DNA of 64,000 nucleotides from NCBI GenBank assembly GCA_963719945.1, contig CAVRDX010000001.1, forward strand, positions 768,001-832,000. The letters run 5' to 3'. The notes below the pieces were generated by a model that was not told where the DNA came from, made no database searches, and saw nothing but the letters and a program-made list of their open reading frames with translations. Positions 57,574 to 64,000 of the stretch are shown piece by piece (the first letter of the stretch is position 1; the number at the start of each line of letters is the position of its first letter). The DNA comes from an uncultured Thermoplasmata archaeon. Lineage in GTDB: Archaea; Thermoplasmatota; Thermoplasmata; UBA10834. The translations under genes and the position numbers were made by a program.

Positions 57574-59127
57574 ATGAGCAAGGTAAGGCGAGCATTGATA
57601 AGCGTATCTGACAAGACAGGATTGGTTGAATTCGCAAAGGGCCTATCAGAGATGGGCGTGCAGATTTTGTCGACCGGTGGAACGGCTTCGACTCTGGAGA
57701 AGAACGGAGTCCCAGTCGTTGGCGTGTCCGATGTGACCAAATTCCCTGAGATGCTGGACGGAAGAGTCAAGACACTTCATCCAGCGATCCACGGTGGTCT
57801 GTTGGCCATGAGAGAGAAACAGGAGCACATGGATGCCATAAAGAAGCATGGGATAGAACCCATCGACATGGTCGTCGTGAACCTGTATCCGTTCGAGGCC
57901 ACCGTCGCAAAGCCCGACGTGAAGATCGAAGACGCGATAGAGAACATAGACATCGGCGGACCCTCGATGATAAGATCGGCCGCTAAGAACAACTCATCCG
58001 TCACAGTCGTCGTGAACCCTGCACAGTATGAGAAGATACTTGCTGAGATGAAAGAAAACGATGGTAGGGTATCTGACGAGACACGAAAGGCATGCGCCCT
58101 CGAAGCGTTCAGGGCCACTGCAAGATATGATTCGGCAATCGCATCATATCTCGGCAAGAAGTTCAGCAATGAGTTGCTCCCGAAGAACCTGACATTGTCG
58201 TTCGAGAAGCTCAGTGACCTGAGATATGGAGAGAACCCGCACCAGAAGGCAGCTTTCTACAAGGACCTGTTCGACCAGACACCTCTGAGCGTCGCAGCTG
58301 CCGAGAAGATGCATGGTAAGGAGATCTCCTACTGCAACGTCCTGGACCTTGATGCAGCACTTGCGATCGTTTCAGATTTCGAGAGGCCGACGGCGGCTGT
58401 CATAAAGCACACCAACCCATCGGGCGTTGCCAGTGCGGACACCATCGCCGAAGCTTTCAGGGTTGCGTACAACGCCGATTCCCTCAGCGCATTCGGCTGC
58501 GTGGTCGGTCTTAACAGGCAGGTCGATCTCGAGACGGCCAAAGAGATTTCGAGCCACTTCGTGGAAGCCGTCATCGCACCTGGATACGACCCCGAGGCGG
58601 AGAAGCTTCTGGAAGAGAAGAAGAGCATCAGACTACTCAGGACCAACATGCCGATCAAGAGAGAGGAAGGCCGCAAGTTCATGGCGAAGGTCAAGGGCGG
58701 ATTGCTCGTTCAGACTGATGCCTATGCTGAGATAGACCAGAGCAAGCTCAAGGTGGTCACCAAGCGCAAGCCGACACAGGAAGAGATGGATGCGATGATA
58801 TTCGGCGTCAAGATCTGCAGACACATCAAGTCCAACACGATCCTGCTGGTCAAGGGTGAGAGGACTGTTGGTGTCGGAGCAGGACAGATGAGCCGGGTGG
58901 ATTCTGCGACCATCGCAGGTATGAAGGCGGGCTCGGAAGCTAAGGGCTCGGTTCTGATATCCGATGCGTTCTTCCCATTCAGAGATGGGATCGATGCAGC
59001 AGCAAAGGTGGGCGCATCAGTGATCATCCAGCCAGGCGGATCAGTCAGGGACGATGAGGCCATCGCGGCAGCCGACGAATACGGGATGGCCATGGTGTTC
59101 AGCGGCCTCAGATTATTCAAGCACTGA
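57574..59127 (+). CDS. purH: Bifunctional AICAR transformylase/IMP cyclohydrolase (formyl-THF dependent)
   Basis: RALISVSDK, STGGT, GRVKTLHP, IDIGGPSMIRSAAKN, LRYGENPHQ, KHTNP, SDAFFPF. Confidence 0.97.
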   Translation: MSKVRRALISVSDKTGLVEFAKGLSEMGVQILSTGGTASTLEKNGVPVVGVSDVTKFPEMLDGRVKTLHPAIHGGLLAMREKQEHMDAIKKHGIEPIDMVVVNLYPFEATVAKPDVKIEDAIENIDIGGPSMIRSAAKNNSSVTVVVNPAQYEKILAEMKENDGRVSDETRKACALEAFRATARYDSAIASYLGKKFSNELLPKNLTLSFEKLSDLRYGENPHQKAAFYKDLFDQTPLSVAAAEKMHGKEISYCNVLDLDAALAIVSDFERPTAAVIKHTNPSGVASADTIAEAFRVAYNADSLSAFGCVVGLNRQVDLETAKEISSHFVEAVIAPGYDPEAEKLLEEKKSIRLLRTNMPIKREEGRKFMAKVKGGLLVQTDAYAEIDQSKLKVVTKRKPTQEEMDAMIFGVKICRHIKSNTILLVKGERTVGVGAGQMSRVDSATIAGMKAGSEAKGSVLISDAFFPFRDGIDAAAKVGASVIIQPGGSVRDDEAIAAADEYGMAMVFSGLRLFKH

Positions 59128-59319
59128 GACACCTGAACGATTCGACTGGAAACCCCTTAATCATATTTCTAACAGGTAACTGTGTCAATGGTCCATGATT
59201 CGCTGACCCGATTCACCGTGGATCTGTATGGACATGCCTCGACGAACGTGGTCTTCTCAACGCTGAGCGTACAGCATGACCAATTCTAGGCTAGGCGTTA
59301 TGAATTCACTTGCCAGATT

Positions 59320-60888
59320 CTAGAGTATCGGCACGAGCTTCGGTCTGAAATCACCCTTCTCCGGATCCGTCATCGCATACGGAGCGGAATAGGGTTCTTC
59401 TCCGCGGACTATTGTAATGCCCGAAGTCTTATCGATTCTTATGTGCGTGTGTGCCAGGTCGGTCAATCTGCTCGTGGACTTCACGGACGGAGTCACCGTT
59501 GCTACGAACACACCATCATTGTTCAGGAGTGAAGTCAGGAAATCCATCAGACCGTCCAGGACCCCTGGACCATACATCGATTCCAGAGAGTCGAACCCGA
59601 TCATTGCCATGTATGGCTGTTCCGTGCCCTTCAGAGCGTACTGAATATCCTGCCACTTGATGTCCACCTTGACATCCTCACCTTCGAGTGTCATGGCGTA
59701 TGGCTTCGGAGATTCCGAGGCAGCGTGAGGCTCCAGTATCCGGACATGCTCGTCGAAATCGCTCTCCTTGAGGAATCCGAGCAGGTCCTCTCTAGCAGCT
59801 TCCGCTCCAGTCTTCTTCGTGGGAAGCCAAGCCACACCTCTGCCAAGGGACGCAGCGTTGCAGATGATGGCGTTCTCGATGGACGATGAGGACACCACGG
59901 GCACACCATGCCCCAATTCTATCAACGCAATCGTACCCTTTCTGAGACCCCCTTCCAGGAGTTCGTCCAAGGCACCGTTGCCAGTGGATACGAACCTCTT
60001 GGACAGATCTGGGATAGGTTCGATCGTCTTTGGTTTCTCAGGCTTGGAGTATCTTGAATACTCGAATGTCCGGACACGGCCGCCAAGAAGTGTGTATACG
60101 TACTTCGGCTGCCTTATCTCGCAACCTCTGAGCTTCAGCAGATCCAGCTCCCTGATCCTGCGACCAGTCGAGCTGCACAGAGAGAGATACACTACACCGT
60201 CTCCAAGGTAATCCAGGAGCGGGTCAGGGGTCTCCAACACATACACGATGTTGGTGCCGCATCCCTCCACCAAGTCCTTCTGAAGTGCATTGATCAATCG
60301 CGACGGCTGAAGTCCATATTTCTCCGCGAGCGCGTCAATGCTATCGATGATTATGAGCGTCCTCTCAGGAAGAGCCTTGTCCACTACATCGTATGCCATC
60401 TCAATCTCAGGCATCATCGCTCCGACAGTCACAGTGATCTCGGATTCACCGGTTGGCTCCGCAACCGATTCTTCATCCCCGCCAGCCTCAATGTTGCCCT
60501 CAAGACGCTTGAGCTCTTTTCTTGGAGATTTGATCTTGTCAGACTTGATCTCACCCTTCATCGCTGCCAGACCAAGAAGTATCTTCTCAACGGCCATCTC
60601 AGAATCCGCCTTCTTTCTGAGCTTCTTCCTCGCCTTGAGAATCTCTCCTTCCTTGACTTTCTCGAGCAACCAAGGGAATTGGTTGAAGAGCGAATGGTCC
60701 GACACTCTTGTCGACATGTAGTAGCTCTGCTGCACTTGAGCAAGCTCTTCAATCAGCTGCAGCGCGAGCGTTGTCTTCCCCGTGCCAGCCATACCCCTGA
60801 CTATCAACGAGTGCCCGCCGGGGTTCGACAGGAACTTGATCATCTCCCTTGGGAATGTCGCCGTCCCAGCTACTGTCTCTTCAGCCAT
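59320..60888 (-). CDS. GvpD/KaiC-like RecA-superfamily ATPase (two domains, second degenerate)
   Basis: GHSLIVRGMAGTGKTT, basic insert, IIDSID, DYLGDGVV, KLRG; second domain STG...LD.LL.GGL without an intact Walker A. Confidence 0.82.
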   Translation of the reverse strand: MAEETVAGTATFPREMIKFLSNPGGHSLIVRGMAGTGKTTLALQLIEELAQVQQSYYMSTRVSDHSLFNQFPWLLEKVKEGEILKARKKLRKKADSEMAVEKILLGLAAMKGEIKSDKIKSPRKELKRLEGNIEAGGDEESVAEPTGESEITVTVGAMMPEIEMAYDVVDKALPERTLIIIDSIDALAEKYGLQPSRLINALQKDLVEGCGTNIVYVLETPDPLLDYLGDGVVYLSLCSSTGRRIRELDLLKLRGCEIRQPKYVYTLLGGRVRTFEYSRYSKPEKPKTIEPIPDLSKRFVSTGNGALDELLEGGLRKGTIALIELGHGVPVVSSSSIENAIICNAASLGRGVAWLPTKKTGAEAAREDLLGFLKESDFDEHVRILEPHAASESPKPYAMTLEGEDVKVDIKWQDIQYALKGTEQPYMAMIGFDSLESMYGPGVLDGLMDFLTSLLNNDGVFVATVTPSVKSTSRLTDLAHTHIRIDKTSGITIVRGEEPYSAPYAMTDPEKGDFRPKLVPIL

Positions 60889-60929
60889 TTTGACTCAACT
60901 CCTCTCTGAGCGTCATGTTCATGGATGGA

Positions 60930-61379
60930 TCAGCGTTCCTTTGGCCTGAACAGGCCTCCAGGTAACGCATCCTCATCTTCTTCCTCTTCGATCAGCTTGA
61001 TCTCTTTCCATTCTCCTCCGAAGTCCTGAGTCTGTCCAGTGATCATCTGGAACCTGACCCTGAGCTTCCCGCCTTCGAAGAAGATGTAGGCGTTCTTCAA
61101 TTGCGAAAGGTAAAGCACAATACGTTTCCCCTGCTGTGTCAGTGCTCTCTCGACCGGCTTCAGAAGGCCGGCCTTCTCGAGAGCGTGTATTCTCCGATAG
61201 CAGGCTGCGATTGGGATGTTCAACTTGGCACTCAGCTCAAGGGCGTGCTTAGGCTTACGTGAGCATGCAACTAGTATCTTTGCGGCGTAGGTGTCCATTA
61301 TGAGCCGCGATGCTTCGATAGGATCCAAGAGCTGGCCTCCGTTGGTTGACATCGCTGCGGGTGCCTTTGGCAGTATCAA
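60930..61379 (-). CDS. ArsR-like winged-helix transcriptional regulator
   Basis: KIL.....KP..A.ELS..LNIPIAACYRRIH.LE.AGLL; the true start may be MSTNG. Confidence 0.82.
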   Translation of the reverse strand: MILPKAPAAMSTNGGQLLDPIEASRLIMDTYAAKILVACSRKPKHALELSAKLNIPIAACYRRIHALEKAGLLKPVERALTQQGKRIVLYLSQLKNAYIFFEGGKLRVRFQMITGQTQDFGGEWKEIKLIEEEEDEDALPGGLFRPKER

Positions 61380-61549
61380 GATCTGGGGGGATCGATCCGC
61401 AGCATACCAATCGTATTACGCGAGGAGCGAATATACTCCTGGCGTTTAATAGTCTTTCGTTAACGGCAGAATTTCACGGATGACGTCTATTCCACAACAA
61501 ATATAATGACGAAGATGAGCAGTCAGGTGAATCTAGTAGCGATGTCAGG

Positions 61550-61882
61550 ATGGAGATGACCGATTTGAAAGGCTCGAAGTGCAGATGCGGCTTCGCAATG
61601 AATGCCGCGAGCATCAAATGCCCCAAGTGCGGGAAGAACATGAAGCCCGCAGAATGGGCTGATCAGGGCATTGTCCTATCTTGTGTGAAGGTCGGTTTCC
61701 CTCCTGAAGGAGAGAATGGACCCACGAACATCGCATTGGTCCAGATGGTTGACCGAGGACCAAAGGTCATCTGTTGGACTGATATCTGCCTCTCCACGGG
61801 TGATGCGGTCGCGATAAGCGAGTCTGCCAAGCAGCGGTATCTATGCCAAAAGGTCTCTGACCAGCCCGCAATCAAATCTTGA
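61550..61882 (+). CDS. DUF35-like Zn-ribbon/OB-fold protein
   Basis: GSKCRCG...CPKCG, G.VLS, IALVQM..GPKV...GDAV. Confidence 0.7.
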   Translation: MEMTDLKGSKCRCGFAMNAASIKCPKCGKNMKPAEWADQGIVLSCVKVGFPPEGENGPTNIALVQMVDRGPKVICWTDICLSTGDAVAISESAKQRYLCQKVSDQPAIKS

Positions 61883-62798
61883 TCGGGGCGATCCCTTCCA
61901 ACGAGAAGGCAGGACCCAGAGACTCTATCGATTTCTTCAGTGCCGCTTCGATCGCATTCAAGTCCTTTCCTGATGCGCGTATGTCCGCGACCACTTCGCA
62001 TTTCATCTTCTCGTAGTATACCAGCACATTGGTATAGCCAGTGATCACGTTTATCGAGAGACCGCCCAAAGTCTTCATAATCTCGAACACTGCGCCAGGT
62101 CTGTCAGGGATATCGAACTTCATCCGCACAAGGGATACATCATCGTTCAGGAACACGACTGACAGGATCCATGAATCAGGTTCAGCAATGAACATCACCG
62201 GACCGGAGTCCTTTCCGAGGAAGTTGATGTATGCCTGAGGCATCTCGAATGTCCCATCATTGATTGTGCTCGCCTTCTTCTCAGTCTTTCTGAGAGCTTT
62301 GGTCTTCACCTTCTCGTTGTCCGTTGCCGCGCCCCTGGTATACCGCGTGGCAAGGTCCGAACTCTCGACGATCATGCAGTCCACCATGCTCATGGTCTGG
62401 TCCCTGGACTGCTTGGCATCGTCAAACTCGGATTTCAGCGACAGCGAGTCGCCGAAGAACGATAGATCGACCAGCATCTCCCACACCATGACGACGTTCG
62501 GTATGGAGCTGACCGTCTCTGAATTCAGTATATCGATGTTCCGTACCTTCAGGAACTGGGCGGCCTGAGCCAGTGCACCCGGCTCATCCCGGACATGGAA
62601 TGTGACATATGCGATTTCGCGGTAGTTCTCCGGTCCGAACGGTGAGAGCACTATCTCGAAGGTCCCCTTTCCGTTCGCCTCATAATTGAACATGGAGCTG
62701 AACACCTCACTCCCGTCCACAAGACCCAATGGGGCACCGATCTTCTGACCAATCCTGATCTTCCCGGACTCCATCCGTCCGAAGTCTACCAAAGTCAT
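61872..62798 (-). CDS. Protein with two ACT domains
   Basis: VRDEPGALAQAAQFL..NIDIL and IPDRPGAVFEI...L....INVI. Confidence 0.75.
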   Translation of the reverse strand: MTLVDFGRMESGKIRIGQKIGAPLGLVDGSEVFSSMFNYEANGKGTFEIVLSPFGPENYREIAYVTFHVRDEPGALAQAAQFLKVRNIDILNSETVSSIPNVVMVWEMLVDLSFFGDSLSLKSEFDDAKQSRDQTMSMVDCMIVESSDLATRYTRGAATDNEKVKTKALRKTEKKASTINDGTFEMPQAYINFLGKDSGPVMFIAEPDSWILSVVFLNDDVSLVRMKFDIPDRPGAVFEIMKTLGGLSINVITGYTNVLVYYEKMKCEVVADIRASGKDLNAIEAALKKSIESLGPAFSLEGIAPIKI

Positions 62799-62856
62799 CG
62801 TTCTCGCCTCACGTGGGCGGTAAGCAAAGCACGGAAATAAAGCTGTTGAGCAAATC

Positions 62857-63249
62857 TCAACCTTTAGGAGAGAAAATGTACAGCGTAGGTATCCTGCGCT
62901 TCAACCCCGTCCAATACCCACATGCCTTACACTTGTATCCTCGAGTGACCGTCCCGCCGTATACCGTCAAGTTCTTTATGCGCTCCGTGCGGCCCCCGCA
63001 TACAGGACAGGCGCCCGCTGAGGTCTTCTCGTCCGATTCCCGAGCCCGAATATCGATAGAGACTACATCGTTAGCCAGGGCGAGCCTGCGTATCCTGGCC
63101 TCGCTCACAGAATAATCGGAATCGTGCCTGCGCAACTCTGCCAGGACCAGCTCTCCGAACTTCTTCTGAGAATGAATTATCCCATGCCTACGCAGAGCGT
63201 CCCTGATCGCTTCGACAATCTCCGTATCGGAAGGTTTCCTGTAGGCCAT
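62857..63249 (-). CDS. Winged-helix-like plus Zn-ribbon hypothetical protein
   Basis: I.SQ..F.ELV..EL....Y.VSE.RIRR followed by CPVCG...YKCKACGY. Confidence 0.75.
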   Translation of the reverse strand: MAYRKPSDTEIVEAIRDALRRHGIIHSQKKFGELVLAELRRHDSDYSVSEARIRRLALANDVVSIDIRARESDEKTSAGACPVCGGRTERIKNLTVYGGTVTRGYKCKACGYWTGLKRRIPTLYIFSPKG

Positions 63250-63361
63250 CGAGAGTGCATGGATATCCGTTTACGAAAAGCTTTCCATCCCATACTGACA
63301 CTTCTCGTCGATTAGCAAATAATATATCGTCGCACCGTTTAACCGGGAAACCAGTGAGAGC

Positions 63362-64000
63362 ATGCGAGCGAAAGTAATAATTATGGGGGCAGCAGGAAGG
63401 GACTTCCACAACTTCAATGTCTACTTCCGCGACAATGCGAACTATGAGGTAGTGGCGTTCACCGCCACACAGATACCGAACATAGATGGACGCAAGTACC
63501 CGGCCAGTCTTGCTGGCAAATTGTACCCGAACGGGATCGATATCCATCCCGAGAAGGACCTGCCAGGACTGGTCAAGAAATTCGGTGTAGAACAGGTCGT
63601 GTTTGCGTACTCGGATATCGCACACGTAGACGTCATGCACAAGGCATCGATCACGAATGCCGCTGGAGCCGACTTCAGGCTCATGGGCGCCAACCAGACA
63701 GAACTCAAGGCCAAGGTGCCGGTCATAGCGATATGTGCCGTCAGGACAGGGTCTGGCAAGAGCCAGACTACAAGGGCTGTTGCGTCGTACCTCATCTCAA
63801 AGGGGAAAAAGGTCGTCGCGATCAGACATCCGATGCCATATGGCGACCTCGAGAAGCAGGCGGTCCAGAGATTCGCGACATACGATGACCTCGACAAGCA
63901 CGACTGCACGATCGAGGAGCGAGAGGAATACGAACCTCACATCGATAAGGGCATCATAGTCTACGCGGGCGTCGACTATGAGAGAATCCTTAGGCAGGCA
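63362..64000 (+). CDS. COG2403-like P-loop NTPase (cDPG synthetase-like, possible arginine synthetase); runs off window
   Basis: Manual translation MRAKVIIMGAAGRDFHNFNVYFR...FTATQIPNIDGRKYP, AVRTGSGKSQT, IRHPMPYGDL, CTIEEREEYEPH. Confidence 0.82.
   Translation, partial: MRAKVIIMGAAGRDFHNFNVYFRDNANYEVVAFTATQIPNIDGRKYPASLAGKLYPNGIDIHPEKDLPGLVKKFGVEQVVFAYSDIAHVDVMHKASITNAAGADFRLMGANQTELKAKVPVIAICAVRTGSGKSQTTRAVASYLISKGKKVVAIRHPMPYGDLEKQAVQRFATYDDLDKHDCTIEEREEYEPHIDKGIIVYAGVDYERILRQA

Noticed and set aside
59178-59289. Short 33-codon ORF or sRNA in the purH-ATPase gap
   Set aside because: No recognisable motif, RBS or stable structure
1-64000. Many long antisense or alternate-frame ORFs (e.g. 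40840-41901, 41438-42367, 49944-50837), and CRISPR, IS or prophage elements
   Set aside because: The shadow ORFs lie opposite well-supported genes and have no motifs; no repeat-spacer array, transposase, integrase or terminal repeats were seen

Overview
This is a gene-dense archaeal chromosomal window with no CRISPR array, transposase or prophage visible. Gene content (aIF5A, Nop5, Csl4, Nob1, an Fpo-like operon with split J subunit, methanogenesis marker 11, a Ta0216-type radical SAM protein) suggests a Thermoplasmata lineage related to Methanomassiliicoccales; this is inference. Main blocks: (1) housekeeping and RNA-processing genes, tRNA-Val(CAC), a PEF-CTERM beta-propeller surface protein and a Rab-like small GTPase; (2) a menaquinone tailoring cluster (GGR, menG, polyprenyl synthase, menA) abutting a headless complex I (Nuo/Fpo A-D, H-N) whose NuoI carries six [4Fe-4S] motifs, followed by a B12 radical SAM protein, MobB and an HdrD-like protein; (3) a divergent C1 island with a bacterial-type tetrahydrofolate methyl branch (folD, fhs, two complementary HdrA-like genes, mvhD, metV, metF) plus acetyl-CoA synthetase, beta-carbonic anhydrase and an oxalate/formate-antiporter-family MFS; (4) tandem DUF885 peptidase-like genes, purH, a GvpD/KaiC-like ATPase with an HTH gene, and a possible amino-acid-sensing locus at the right edge. 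The strongest candidate for an undescribed system is the HdrBC-less, asymmetric HdrA/HdrA'-MvhD-MetVF module, which may be wired to the polyferredoxin-bearing, menaquinone-linked complex I. A hidden multi-frameshifted nucleoside phosphorylase and a frameshifted mtnA at 5.4-6.2 kb may be local assembly errors. All family calls come from motif recognition; no database searches were run.
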